Assembly (NCBI GenBank): GCA_965655095.1
Contig: OZ296651.1
Location: 81,778,001-81,842,000 of the forward strand
Direction of reading: 5' to 3'
Length of the DNA stretch: 64,000 bases
From: Haplodiscus bocki
Taxonomy: Eukaryota
In this document: piece after piece, positions 12,001-27,320 of the stretch
Layout of the letters: each line of letters begins with the position of its first letter
How positions within the stretch are numbered: position 1 is the first letter of the stretch
Position numbers and translations under genes: made by a program
The notes under the pieces: model-generated
Told to the model about the DNA's origin: nothing
Seen by the model: only the letters and a program-made list of their open reading frames with translations
The model's database searches: none

Positions 12001-15000
12001 GGAATAGTCCGTTCATACCCATGCACTAACCTAAAATGTTTTGCGGCAAAAAGGGCTGTTTTACCATTGTGTTCGACACGTTAATGGGCGCTGGCTTCAG
12101 TGCTCTCAGTAGGTGTCGTATATGATCTAGTACAAAAAGGTCGAATGGATGGGATCATCTGTTAATACCCATTGGGCAAACAATTATTCCTTTCAAACAG
12201 AAAGTGTGCTTCTTTGACCCCTGCCATTGACGTATATTGGATAACACCTTCCTATTGTGCCTTGAATATGTTTCGTTTATGATATAGTATCGGCATTTGG
12301 ACTTTTCCGTTCATCTATTCAGACTTCTTTTAGAAACCTAGCCTGCTTAAGGAAGGAAAACGGTTTTTTACCATTGTGTTCGACACAATGGGCGCTGGCT
12401 TTTCCAGTGCCCTCAGTAGGTGTTGTATATGATATAGTACAAGAGGGTCGATTTGATAGGATAATATATTCGTACTCCTGGCTCATGCCATATTTGTGTC
12501 TGAAGAGAAAGTCTGCTTCTTTGACTTTTGTGCTTCACGTATTACTGGCGGTTGTTTTTTTCTATGCCTTCAGTAAGCGTTGTATATGATATAGTACAAG
12601 AAGTTCCCATGGCTGGGAGCATCTGGTCATGCCCCTTGCTCAAGCAATGTTTTTTTTTTCAAACAGTAAGTCTGTTTCTTGCCATTGGGATATTATGCAG
12701 TACAGCTTTTGGTTTTCCTTCAATACGTTTCGTATTTAATATAGTACCAGCAGTTGGAAGTGTCCGTTGATCTACTAATTCACCTTGCAGAAACTTGACC
12801 TGTTTTTTTACAAAGAAACGGCTTTTTTACCTTCGTGTTCGACGTGTTATTGCGCACTGCTTTTTTCAGTGCCCTCAGTAAGTGTCATTTTTGATGCAAT
12901 ACAATTTGGTCTATTTGATGGGATCTTTTTTTCGTATTCCTTGCACAAACCACCTCTGTGTGTTTGAACAGAAAGTAGGCGTCCTTGACTTTTGTTTTTG
13001 ACATATCACTGGTTACTGTTTTTTCAATCCTTTCAATAAGTGTCGTATATGATTGTATATGTTACAGTACCATAACTTGGAATAGTCCGTTCATACCCAT
13101 GCACTAACCTAAAATGTTTTGCGGCAAAAAGGGCTGTTTTACCATTGTGTTCGACACGTTAATGGGCGCTGGCTTCAGTGCTCTCAGTAGGTGTCGTATA
13201 TGATCTAGTACAAAAAGGTCGAATGGATGGGATCATCTGTTAATACCCATTGGGCAAACAATTATTCCTTTCAAACAGAAAGTGTGCTTCTTTGACCCCT
13301 GCCATTGACGTATATTGGATAACACCTTCCTATTGTGCCTTGAATATGTTTCGTTTATGATATAGTACCAGCATTTGGACTTTTCCGTTCATCTGCTTAG
13401 ACTTCTTTTAGAAACCTAGCCTGCTTAAGGAAGGAAAACGGTTTTTTACCATTGTGTTCGACACAATGGGCGCTGGCTTTTCCAGTGCCCTCAGTAGGTG
13501 TTGTATATGATATAGTACAAGAGGGTCGATTTGATAGGATAATATATTCGTACTCCTGGCTCATGCCATATTTGTGTCTGAAGAGAAAGTCTGCTTCTTT
13601 GACTTTTGTGTTTCACGTTTTACTGGCGGTTGTTTTTTTCTATGCCTCCAGTAAGTGTCGTATATGATATAGTACAAGAAGTTCCCATGGCTGGGAGCAT
13701 CTGGTCATGCCCCTTGCTCAAGCAATGTTTTTTTTTTCAAACAGTAAGTCTGTTTCTTGCCATTGGGATATTATGCAGTACAGCTTTTGGTTTTCCTTCA
13801 ATACGTTTCGTATTTAATATAGTACCAGCAGTTGGAAGTGTCCGTTGATCTACTAATTCACCTTGCAGAAACTTGACCTGTTTTTTTACAAAGAAACGGC
13901 TTTTTTACCTTCGTGTTCGACGTGTTATTGCGCACTGCTTTTTTCAGTGCCCTCAGTAAGTGTCATTTTTGATGCAATACAATTTGGTCTATTTGATGGG
14001 ATCTTTTTTTCGTATTCCTTGCACAAACCACCTCTGTGTGTTTGAACAGAAAGTAGGCGTCCTTGACTTTTGTTTTTGACATATCACTGGTTACTGTTTT
14101 TTCAATCCTTTCAATAAAGGTCGTATATGATTGTATATGTTACAGTACCATAACTTGGAATAGTCCGTTCATACCCATGCACTAACCTAAAATGTTTTGC
14201 GGCAAAAAGGGCTGTTTTACCATTGTGTTCGACACGTTAATGGGCGCTGGCTTCAGTGCTCTCAGTAGGTGTCGTATATGATCTAGTACAAAAAGGTCGA
14301 ATGGATGGGATCATCTGTTAATACCCATTGGGCAAACAATTATTCCTTTCAAACAGAAAGTGTGCTTCTTTGACCCCTGCCATTGACGTATATTGGATAA
14401 CACCTTCTTATTGTGCCTTGAATATGTTTCGTTTATGATATAGTATCGGCATTTGGACTTTTCCGTTCATCTATTCAGACTCCTTCCAGGAACCTAGCCT
14501 GTTTAAGGCAGGAAAACAGTTTTTTACCATTGTGTTTGACACCTTGGGCACTTGTTTTTCCAGTTCCCTCAGTAGGTGTTGTTTATGATATAGTACAAGA
14601 GGGTCGATTTGATAGGATAATATATTCGTACTCCTGGCTCATGCCATAGTTGTGTCTGAAGGAAGAGAAAGTCTGCTTCTTTGACTTTTGTGCTTCACGT
14701 ATTACTGGCGGTTGTTTTTTTCTATGCCTTCAGTAAGCGTTGTATATGTCATAGTACAAGAAGGTCCCATGGGTGGGAGCATCTGGTCATGAGCCTTGCT
14801 CAAGCAATGTTTTTTTTTTCAAACAGTAAGTCTGTTTCTTGCCATTGGGATATTATGGAGTACAGCTTTTGGTTTTCCTTCAATACGTTTCGTATTTAAT
14901 ATAGTACCAGCAGTTGGAAGTGTCCGTTGATCTACTATTTCACCTTGCAGAAACGACCTGTTTTTTTTTTTACAAAGAAACGGCTTTTTTACCTTAGTGT

Positions 15001-18000
15001 TCGACGTGTTATTGCGCACTGCTTTTTTCAGTGCCCTCAGTAAGTGTCATTTTTGATGCAATACAATTTGGTCGATTTGATGGGATCTTTTTTTCGTATT
15101 CCTTGCACAAACCACCTCTGTGTGTTTGAACAGAAAGTAGGCGTCCTTGACTTTTGTTTTTGACATATCACTGGTTACTGTTTTTTCAATCCTTTCAATA
15201 AGTGTCGTATATGATTGTATATGTTACAGTACCATAACTTGGAATAGTCCGTTCATACCCATGCACTAACCTAAAATGTTTTGCGGCAAAAACGGCTGTT
15301 TTACCATTGTGTTCGAAACGTTAATGGGCGCTGGCTTCAGTGCTCTCAGTAGGTGTCGTATATGATCTAGTACAAAAAGGTCGAATGGATGGGATCTTTT
15401 ATTCATACCCATTGGGCAAACAATTATTCGTTTCAAAGAGAATGTGTGCTTCTTTGACCCCTGCCATTGACGTATATTGGATAACACCTTCTTATTGTGC
15501 CTTGAATATGTTTCGTTTATGATATAGTATCGGCATTTGGACTTTTCCGTTCATCTATTCAGACTCCTTCCAGGAACCTAGCCTGTTTAAGGCAGGAAAA
15601 CAGTTTTTTACCATTGTGTTTGACACCTTGGGCACTTGTTTTTCCAGTTCCCTCAGTAGGTGTTGTATATGAAATAGTACAAGAAGGTCGATTTTATAGG
15701 ATAATATATTCGTACTCCTGGCTCATGCCATAGTTGTGTCTGAAGGAAGAGAAAGTCTGCTTCTTTGACTTTTGTGCTTCACGTATTACTGGCGGTTGTT
15801 TTTTTCTATGCCTTCAGTAAGCGTTGTATATGTCATAGTACAAGAAGGTCCCATGGGTGGGAGCATCTGGTCATGAGCCTTGCTCAAGCAATGTTTTTTT
15901 TTTTCAAACAGTAAGTCTGTTTCTTGCCATTGGGATATTATGGAGTACAGCTTTTGGTTTTCCTTCAATACGTTTCGTATTTAATATAGTACCAGCAGTT
16001 GGAAGTGTCCGTTGATCTACTATTTCACCTTGCAGAAACGACCTGTTTTTTTACAAAGAAACGGCTTTTTTACCTTCGTGTTCGACGTGTTATTGCGCAC
16101 TGCTTTTTTCAGTGCCCTCAGTAAGTGTCATTTTTGATGCAATACAATTTGGTCGATTTGATGGGATCTTTTTTTCGTATTCCTTGCACAAACCACCTCT
16201 GTGTGTTTGAACAGAAAGTAGGCGTCCTTGACTTTTGTTTTTGACATATCACTGGTTACTGTTTTTTCAATCCTTTCAATAAGTGTCGTATATGATTGTA
16301 TATGTTACAGTACCATAACTTGGAATAGTCCGTTCATACCCATGAACTAACCTAAAATGTTTTGCGGCAAAAAGGGCTGTTTTACCATTGTGTTCGACAC
16401 GTTAATGGGCGCTGGCTTCAGTGCTCTCAGTAGGTGTCGTATATGATCTAGTACAAAAAGGTCGAATGGATGGGATCTTTTATTCATACCCATTGGGCAA
16501 ACAATTATTCGTTTCAAAGAGAATGTGTGCTTCTTTGACCCCTGCCATTGACGTATATTGGATAACACCTTCTTATTGTGCCTTGAATATGTTTCGTTTA
16601 TGATATAGTATCGGCATTTGGACTTTTCCGTTCATCTATTCAGACTCCTTCCAGGAACCTAGCCTGTTTAAGGCAGGAAAACAGTTTTTTACCATTGTGT
16701 TTGACACCTTGGGCACTTGTTTTTCCAGTTCCCTCAGTAGGTGTTGTATATGAAATAGTACAAGAAGGTCGATTTTATAGGATAATATATTCGTACTCCT
16801 GGCTCATGCCATAGTTGTGTCTGAAGGAAGAGAAAGTCTGCTTCTTTGACTTTTGTGTTTCACGTTTTACTGGCGGTTGTTTTTTTCTATGCCTCCAGTA
16901 AGTGTCGTATATGATATAGTACAAGAAGTTCCCATGGCTGGGAGCATCTGGTCATGCCCCTTGCTCAAGCAATGTTTTTTTTTCAAACAGTAAGTCTGTT
17001 TCTTGCTATTGGGATATTATGGAGTACAGCTTTTGGTATTCCTTCAATACGTTTCGTATTTAATATAGTACCAGCAGTTGGAAGTGTCCGTTGATCTACT
17101 AATTCACCTTGCAGAAACTTGACCTGTTTTTTTTGCAATGAAACGGCTTTTTTACCTTCGTGTTCGACGTGTTATTGCGCACTGCTTTTTTCAGTGCCCT
17201 CAGTAAGTGTCATTTTTGATGCAATACAATTTGGTCGATTTGATGGGATCTTTTTTTCGTATTCCTTGCACAAACCACCTCTGTGTGTTTGAACAGAAAG
17301 TAGGCGTCCTTGACTTTTGTTTTTGACATATCACTGGTTACTGTTTTTTCAATCCTTTCAATAAGTGTCGTATATGATTGTATATGTTACAGTACCATAA
17401 CTTGGAATAGTCCGTTCATACCCATGCACTAACCTAAAATGTTTTGCGGCAAAAACGGCTGTTTTACCATTGTGTTCGAAACGTTAATGGGCGCTGGCTT
17501 CAGTGCTCTCAGTAGGTGTCGTATATGATCTAGTACAAAAAGGTCGAATGGATGGGATCATCTGTTAATACCCATTGGGCAAACAATTATTCCTTTCAAA
17601 CAGAAAATGTGCTTCTTTGACCCCTGCCATTGACGTATATTGGATAACACCTTCTTATTGTGCCTTGAATATGTTTCGTTTATGATATAGTGCCAGCATT
17701 TGGACTTTTCCGTTCATCTGCTTAGACTTCTTTTAGAAACCTAGCCTGCTTAAGGAAGGAAAACGGTTTTTTACCATTGTGTTCGACACAATGGGCGCTG
17801 GCTTTTCCAGTGCCCTCAGTAGGTGTTGTATATGATATAGTACAAGAGGGTCGATTTGATAGGATAATATATTCGTACTCCTGGCTCATGCCATGTTTGT
17901 GTCTGAAGAGAAAGTCTGCTTCTTTGACTTTTGTGCTTCACGTATTACTGGCGGTTGTTTTTTTCTATGCCTTCAGTAAGCGTTGTATATGTCATAGTAC

Positions 18001-21000
18001 AAGAAGGTCCCATGGGTGGGAGCATCTGGTCATGAGCCTTGCTCAAGCAATGTTTTTTTTCAAACAGTAAGTCTGTTTCTTGCTATTGGGATATTATGGA
18101 GTACAGCTTTTGGTTTTCCTTCAATATGTTTCGTATTTAATATAGTACCAGCAGTTGGAAGTGTCCGTTGCTCTACTAATTCACCTTGCAGAAACGACCT
18201 GTTTTTTTTACAAAGAAACGGCTTTTTTACCTTCGTGTTCGACGTGTTATTGCGCACTGCTTTTTTCAGTGCCCTCAGTAAGTGTCATTTTTGATGCAAT
18301 ACAATTTGGTCGATTTGATGGGATCTTTTTTTCGTATTCCTTGCACAAACCACCTCTGTGTGTTTGAACAGAAAGTAGGCGTCCTTGACTTTTGTTTTTG
18401 ACATATCACTGGTTACTGTTTTTTCAATCCTTTCAATAAGTGTCGTATATGATTGTATATGTTACAGTACCATAACTTGGAATAGTCCGTTCATACCCAT
18501 GCACTAACCTAAAATGTTTTGCGGCAAAAACGGCTGTTTTACCATTGTGTTCGAAACGTTAATGGGCGCTGGCTTCAGTGCTCTCAGTAGGTGTCGTATA
18601 TGATCTAGTACAAAAAGGTCGAATGGATGGGATCTTTTATTCATACCCATTGGGCAAACAATTATTCGTTTCAAAGAGAATGTGTGCTTCTTTGACCCCT
18701 GCCATTGACGTATATTGGATAACACCTTCTTATTGTGCCTTGAATATGTTTCGTTTATGATATAGTATCGGCATTTGGACTTTTCCGTTCATCTATTCAG
18801 ACTCCTTCCAGGAACCTAGCCTGTTTAAGGCAGGAAAAAAGTTTTTTTCCATTGTGTTTGACACCTTGGGCACTTGTTTTTCCAGTTCCCTCAGTAGGTG
18901 TTGTATATGAAATAGTACAAGAAGGTCGATTTTATAGGATAATATATTCGTACTCCTGGCGCATGCCATAGTTGTGTCTGAAGGAAGAGAAAGTCTGCTT
19001 CTTTGACTTTTGTGTTTCACGTTTTACTGGCGGTTGTTTTTTTCTATGCCTCCAGTAAGTGTCGTATATGATATAGTACAAGAAGTTCCCATGGCTGGGA
19101 GCATCTGGTCATGCCCCTTGCTCAAGCAATGTTTTTTTTTCAAACAGTAAGTCTGTTTCTTGCTATTGGGATATTATGGAGTACAGCTTTTGGTATTCCT
19201 TCAATACGTTTCGTATTTAATATAGTACCAGCAGTTGGAAGTGTCCGTTGATCTACTAATTCACCTTGCAGAAACTTGACCTGTTTTTTTTTACAAAGAA
19301 ACGGCTTTTTTACCTTCGTGTTCGACGTGTTATTGCGCACTGCTTTTTTCAGTGCCCTCAGTAAGTGTCATTTTTGATGCAATACAATTTGGTCGATTTG
19401 ATGGGATCTTTTTTTCGTATTCCTTGCACAAACCACCTCTGTGTGTTTGAACAGAAAGTAGGCGTCCTTGACTTTTGTTTTTGACATATCACTGGTTACT
19501 GTTTTTTCAATCCTTTCAATAAGTGTCGTATATGATTGTATATGTTACAGTACCATAACTTGGAATAGTCCGTTCATACCCATGCACTAACCTAAAATGT
19601 TTTGCGGCAAAAACGGCTGTTTTACCATTGTGTTCGAAACGTTAATGGGCGCTGGCTTCAGTGCTCTCAGTAGGTGTCGTATATGATCTAGTACAAAAAG
19701 GTCGAATGGATGGGATCTTTTATTCATACCCATTGGGCAAACAATTATTCGTTTCAAAGAGAAAGTGTGCTTCTTTGACCCCTGCCATTGACGTATATTG
19801 GATAACACCTTCTTATTGTGCCTTGAATATGTTTCGTTTATGATATAGTATCGGCATTTGGACTTTTCCGTTCATCTATTCAGACTCCTTCCAGGAACCT
19901 AGCCTGTTTAAGGCAGGAAAACAGTTTTTTACCATTGTGTTTGACACCTTGGGCACTGGTTTTTCCAGTTCCCTCAGTAGGTGTTGTATTTGAAATAGTA
20001 CAAGAAGGTCGATTTTATAGGATAATATATTCGTACTCCTGGCTAATGCCATAGTTGTGTCTGAAGGAAGAGAAAGTCTGCTTCTTTGTCTTTTGTGTTT
20101 CACGTTTTACTGGCGGTTGTTTTTTTCTATTCCTCCAGTAAGTGTCGTATATGATATAGTACAAGAAGTTCCCATGGCTGGGAGCATCTGGTCATGCCCC
20201 TTGCTCAAGCAATGTTTTTTTTTCAAACAGTAAGTCTGTTTCTTGCTATTGGGATATTATGGAGTACAGCTTTTGGTATTCCTTCAATACGTTTCGTATT
20301 TAATATAGTACCAGCAGTTGGAAGTGTCCGTTGATATACTAATTCACCTTGCAGAAACTTGACCTGTTTTTTTTTACAAAGAAACGGCTTTTTTACCTTC
20401 GTGTTCGACGTGTTATTGCGCACTGCTTTTTTCAGTGCCCTCAGTAAGTGTCATTTTTGATGCAATACAATTTGGTCGATTTGATGGGATCTTTTTTTCG
20501 TATTCCTTGCACAAACCACCTCTGTGTGTTTGAACAGAAAGTAGGCGTCCTTGACTTTTGTTTTTGACATATCACTGGTTACTGTTTTTTCAATCCTTTC
20601 AATAAGTGTCGTATATGATTGTATAAGTTACAGTACCATAACTTGGAATAGTCCGTTCATACCCATGCACTAACCTAAAATGTTTTGCGGCAAAAAGGGC
20701 TGTTTTACCATTGTGTTCGACACGTTAATGGGCGCTGGCTTCAGTGCTCTCAGTAGGTGTCGTATATGATCTAGTACAAAAAGGTCGAATGGATGGGATC
20801 ATCTGTTAATACCCATTGGGCAAACAATTATTCCTTTCAAACAGAAAGTGTGCTTCTTTGACCCCTGCCATTGACGTATATTGGATAACACCTTCTTATT
20901 GTGCCTTGAATATGTTTCGTTTATGATATAGTACCAGCATTTGGACTTTTCCGTTCATCTGCTTAGACTTCTTTTAGAAACCTAGCCTGCTTAAGGAAGG

Positions 21001-24000
21001 AAAACGGTTTTTTACCATTGTGTTCGACACAATGGGCGCTGGCTTTTCCAGTGCCCTCAGTAGGTGTTGTATATGATATAGTACAAGAGGGTCGATTTGA
21101 TAGGATAATATATTCGTACTCCTGGCTCATGCCATATTTGTGTCTGAAGAGAAAGTCTGCTTCTTTGACTTTTGTGCTTCTCATATTACTGGCGGTTTTT
21201 TTTTCTATGCCTCCAGTAAGCGTTGTATATGTCATAGTACAAGAAGGTCGCATGGGTGGGAGCATCTGGTGATGAGCCTTGCTCAAGCAATGTTTTTTCA
21301 AACAGTAAGTCTGTTTCTTGCCATTGGGATATTATGCAGTACAGCTTTTGGTTTTCCTTCAATACGTTTCGTATTTAATATAGTACCAGCAGTTGGAAGT
21401 GTCCGTTGATCTACTAATTCACCTTGCAGAAACTTGACCTGTTTTTTTACAAAGAAACGGCTTTTTTACCTTCGTGTTCGACGTGTTATTGCGCACTGCT
21501 TTTTTCAGTGCCCTTAGTAAGTGTCATTTTTGATGCAATACAATTTGGTCGATTTGATGGGATCTTTTTTTCGTATTCCGTGCACAAACCACCTCTGTGT
21601 GTTTGAACAGAAAGTAGGCGTCCTTGACTTTTGTTTTTGACATATCACTGGTTACTGTTTTTTCAATCCTTTCAATAAGTGTCGTATATGATTGTATATG
21701 TTACAGTACCATAACTTGGAATAGTCCGTTCATACCCATGCACTAACCTAAAATGTTTTGCGGCAAAAAGGGCTGTTTTACCATTGTGTTCGACACGTTA
21801 ATGGGCGCTGGCTTCAGTGCTCTCAGTAGGTGTCGTATCTGATCTAGTACAAAAAGGTCGAATGGATGGGATCATCTGTTAATACCCATTGGGCAAACAA
21901 TTATTCCTTTCAAACAGAAAGTGTACCTCTTTGACCCCTGCCATTGACGTATATTGGATAACACCTTATTGTGCCTTGAATATGTTTCGTTTATGATATA
22001 GTACCAGCATTTGGACTTTTCCGTTCATCTGCTTAGACTTCTTTCAGAAACGTAGCCTGCTGAAGGAAGGAAAACAGCTTTTTACCCTTGTGTTCGACAC
22101 GTTATTGGGCGCTGGCTTCTTCAGTGCTCTCAGTAGGTGTCGTATATGATCTGGTACAAGAAGGTCGAATGGATGGGATCATCTGTTCATACCCATTGGG
22201 CAAACAATTATCCGTTTCAAACCGAAAATCTGCTTATTTGACCCCTGCTATTGACATGTATTGAGTAGCGGCTTTTTTTTATGCCTTCAATATGTTTCGT
22301 ATATGATGTAGTATCCGCAGATGGTTTTTTCTGTTCATCTATTCAGACTCCTTCCAGGAACCTAGCCTGTTTAAGGCAGGAAAACGGTTTTTTACCATTG
22401 TGTTCGACACAATGGGCGCTGGCTTTTCCAGTGCCCTCAGTAGGTGTTGTATATGATATAGTACAAGAGGGTCGATTTGATAGGATAATATATTCGTACT
22501 CCTGGCTCATGCCATATTTGTGTCTGAAGGAAGGAAGGGAAAGTCTGCTTCTTTCACTTTTGTGTTTCACGTATTACTGGCGGTTGTTTTTTTCTATGCC
22601 TCCAGTAAGTGTCGTATATGATATAGTAAAAAAGTTCCCATGGCTGGGAGCATCTGGTCATGCCCCTTGCTCAAGCAATGTTTTTTTTTCAAACAGTAAG
22701 TCTTTCTTGCTATTGGCATATTATGGAGTACAGCTTTTGGTTTTTCTTCAATACGTTTCGTATTTAATATAGTACCAGCAGTTGGAAGTGTCCGTTGATC
22801 TACTAATTCACCTTGGAGAAACTTGACCTGTTTTTTTACAAAGAAACGGCTTTTTTACCTTCGTGTTCGACGTGTTATTGCGCACTGCTTTTTTCAGTGC
22901 CCTCAGTAAGTGTCATTTTTGATGCAATACAATTTGGTCGATTTGATGGGATCTTTTTTTCGTATTCCGTGCACAAACCACCTCTGTGTGTTTGAACAGA
23001 AAGTAGGCGTCCTTGACTTTTGTTTTTGACATATCACTGGTTACTGTTTTTTCAATCCTTTCAATAAGTGTCGTATATGATTGTATATGTTACAGTACCA
23101 TAACTTGGAATAGTCCGTTCATACCCATGCACTAACCTAAAATGTTTTGCGGCAAAAAGGGCTGTTTTACCATTGTGTTCGACACGTTAATGGGCGCTGG
23201 CTTCAGTGCTCTCAGTAGGTGTCGTATATGATCTAATACAAAAAGGTCGAATGGATGGGATCATCTGTTAATACCCATTGGGCAAACAATTATTCCTTTC
23301 AAACAGAAAGTGTGCTTCTTTGACCCCTGCCATTGACGTATATTGGATAACACCTTCTTATTGTGCCTTGAATATGTTTCGTTTATGATATAGTACCAGC
23401 ATTTGGACTTTTCCGTTCATCTGCTTAGACTTCTTTGAGAAACCTAGCCTGCTTAAGGAAGGAAAACGGTTTTTTACCATTGTGTTCGACACAATGGGCG
23501 CTGGCTTTTCCAGTGCCCTCAGTAGGTGTTGTATATGATATAGTACAAGAGGGTCGATTTGATAGGATAATATATTCGTACTCCTGGCTCATGCCATATT
23601 TGTGTCTGAAGAGAAAGTCTGCTTCTTTGACTTTTGTGCTTCTCATATTACTGGCGGTTTTTTTTCTATGCCTCCAGTAAGCGTTGTATATGTCATAGTA
23701 CAAGAAGGTCCCATGGGTGGGAGCATCTGGTCATGAGCCTTGCTCAAGCAATGTTTTTTCAAACAGTAAGTCTGTTTCTTGCTATTGGGATATTATGGAG
23801 TACAGCTTTTGGTTTTCCTTCAATACATTTCGTATTTAATATAGTACCAGCAGTTGGAAGTGTCCGTTGCTCTACTAATTCACCTTGCAGAAACTTGACC
23901 TGTTTTTTTTACAAAGAAACGGCTTTTTTACCTTCGTGTTCGACGTGTTATTGCGCACTGCTTTTTTCAGTGCCCTCAGTAAGTGTCATTTTTGATGCAA

Positions 24001-24239
24001 TACAATTTGGTCGATTTGATGGGATCTTTTTTTCGTATTCCGTGCACAAACCACCTCTGTGTGTTTGAACAGAAAGTAGGCGTCCTTGACTTTTGTTTTT
24101 GACATATCACTGGTTACTGTTTTTTCAATCCTTTCAATAAGTGTCGTATATGATTGTATATGTTACAGTACCATAACTTGGAATAGTCCGTTCATACCCA
24201 TGCACTAACCTAAAATGTTTTGCGGCAAAAAGGGCTGTT

Positions 24240-27200
24240 TTACCATTGTGTTCGACACGTTAATGGGCGCTGGCTTCAGTGCTCTCAGTAGGTGTCGTAT
24301 CTGATCTAGTACAAAAAGGTCGAATGGATGGGATCATCTGTTAATACCCATTGGGCAAACAATTATTCCTTTCAAACAGAAAGTGTGCCTCTTTTACCCC
24401 TGCCATTGACGTATATTGGATAACACCTTATTGTGCCTTGAATATGTTTCGTTTATGATATAGTACCAGCATTTGGACTTTTCCGTTCATCTGCTTAGAC
24501 TTCTTTCAGAAACGTAGCCTGCTGAAGGAAGGAAAACAGCTTTTTACCCTTGTGTTCGACACGTTATTGGGCGCTGGCTTCTTCAGTGCTCTCAGTAGGT
24601 GTCGTATATGATCTGGTACAAGAAGGTCGAATGGATGGGATCATCTGTTCATACCCATTGGGCAAACAATTATCCGTTTCAAACCGAAAATCTGCTTATT
24701 TGACCCCTGCTATTGACATGTATTGAGTAGCGGCTTTTTTTTATGCCTTCAATATGTTTCGTATATGATGTAGTATCCGCAGATGGTTTTTTCTGTTCAT
24801 CTATTCAGACTCCTTCCAGGAACCTAGCCTGTTTAAGGCAGGAAAACAGTTTTTTACCATTGTGCTCGACACAATGGGCGCTGGCTTCTTCAGTGCTCTC
24901 AGTAGGTGTCGTATCTGATCTAATACAAAAAGGTCGAATGGATGGGATCATCTGTTAATACCCATTGGGCAAACAATTATTCCTTTCAAACAGAAAGTGT
25001 GCCTCTTTGACCCCTGCCATTGACGTATATTGGATAACACCTTCTTATTGTGCCTTGAATATGTTTCGTTTATGATATAGTACCAGCATTTGGACTTTTC
25101 CGTTCATCTGCTTAGACTTCTTTCAGAAACGTAGCCTGCTGAAGGAAGGAAAACAGCTTTTTACCCTTGTGTTCGACACGTTATTGGGCGCTGGCTTCTT
25201 CAGTGCTCTCAGTAGGTGTCGTATATGATCTGGTACAAGAAGGTCGAATGGATGGGATCATCTGTTCATACCCATTGGGCAAACAATTATCCGTTTCAAA
25301 CCGAAAATCTGCTTATTTGACCCCTGCTATTGACATGTATTGAGTAGCGGCTTTTTTTTATGCCTTCAATATGTTTCGTATATGATGTAGTATCCGCAGA
25401 TGGTTTTTTCTGTTCATCTATTCAGACTCCTTCCAGGAACCTAGCCTGTTTAAGGCAGGAAAACAGTTTTTTACCATTGTGCTCGACACAATGGGCGCTG
25501 GCTTCTTCAGTGCTCTCAGTAGGTGTCGTATCTGATCTAATACAAAAAGGTCGAATGGATGGGATCATCTGTTAATACCCATTGGGCAAACAATTATTCC
25601 TTTCAAACAGAAAGTGTGCCTCTTTGACCCCTGCCATTGACGTATATTGGATAACACCTTCTTATTGTGCCTTGAATATGTTTCGTTTATGATATAGTAC
25701 CAGCATTTGGACTTTTCCGTTCATCTGCTTAGACTTCTTTCAGAAACGTAGCCTGCTGAAGGAAGGAAAACAGCTTTTTACCCTTGTGTTCGACACGTTA
25801 TTGGGCGCTGGCTTCTTCAGTGCTCTCAGTAGGTGTCGTATATGATCTGGTACAAGAAGGTCGAATGGATGGGATCATCTGTTCATACCCATTGGGCAAA
25901 CAATTATCCGTTTCAAACCGAAAATCTGCTTATTTGACCCCTGCTATTGACATGTATTGAGTAGCGGCTTTTTTTTATGCCTTCAATATGTTTCGTATAT
26001 GATGTAGTATCCGCAGATGGTTTTTTCTGTTCATCTATTCAGACTCCTTCCAGGAACCTAGCCTGTTTAAGGCAGGAAAACAGTTTTTTACCATTGTGCT
26101 CGACACAATGGGCGCTGGCTTCTTCAGTGCTCTCAGTAGGTGTCGTATCTGATCTAATACAAAAAGGTCGAATGGATGGGATCATCTGTTAATACCCATT
26201 GGGCAAACAATTATTCCTTTCAAACAGAAAGTGTGCCTCTTTGACCCCTGCCATTGACGTATATTGGATAACACCTTCTTATTGTGCCTTGAATATGTTT
26301 CGTTTATGATATAGTACCAGCATTTGGACTTTTCCGTTCATCTGCTTAGACTTCTTTCAGAAACGTAGCCTGCTGAAGGAAGGAAAACAGCTTTTTACCC
26401 TTGTGTTCGACACGTTATTGGGCGCTGGCTTCTTCAGTGCTCTCAGTAGGTGTCGTATATGATCTGGTACAAGAAGGTCGAATGGATGGGATCATCTGTT
26501 CATACCCATTGGGCAAACAATTATCCGTTTCAAACCGAAAATCTGCTTATTTGACCCCTGCTATTGACATGTATTGAGTAGCGGCTTTTTTTTATGCCTT
26601 CAATATGTTTCGTATATGATGTAGTATCCGCAGATGGTTTTTTCTGTTCATCTATTCAGACTCCTTCCAGGAACCTAGCCTGTTTAAGGCAGGAAAACAG
26701 TTTTTTACCATTGTGCTCGACACAATGGGCGCTGGCTTCTTCAGTGCTCTCAGTAGGTGTCGTATCTGATCTAATACAAAAAGGTCGAATGGATGGGATC
26801 ATCTGTTAATACCCATTGGGCAAACAATTATTCCTTTCAAACAGAAAGTGTGCCTCTTTGACCCCTGCCATTGACGTATATTGGATAACACCTTCTTATT
26901 GTGCCTTGAATATGTTTCGTTTATGATATAGTACCAGCATTTGGACTTTTCCGTTCATCTGCTTAGACTTCTTTCAGAAACGTAGCCTGCTGAAGGAAGG
27001 AAAACAGCTTTTTACCCTTGTGTTCGACACGTTATTGGGCGCTGGCTTCTTCAGTGCTCTCAGTAGGTGTCGTATATGATCTGGTACAAGAAGGTCGAAT
27101 GGATGGGATCATCTGTTCATACCCATTGGGCAAACAATTATCCGTTTCAAACCGAAAATCTGCTTATTTGACCCCTGCTATTGACATGTATTGAGTAGCG

Positions 27201-27320
27201 GCTTTTTTTTATGCCTTCAATATGTTTCGTATATGATGTAGTATCCGCAGATGGTTTTTTCTGTTCATCTATTCAGACTCCTTCCAGGAACCTAGCCTGT
27301 TTAAGGCAGGAAAACGGTTT
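24240..27320. repeat. Sub-array of 617-bp 4-mer HOR units
   Basis: Exact 617-bp period in the ORF track (24743, 25360, 25977, 26594). The private variant gtgCtcgac occurs at ~24865, 25482, 26099 and 26716. Confidence 0.93.
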
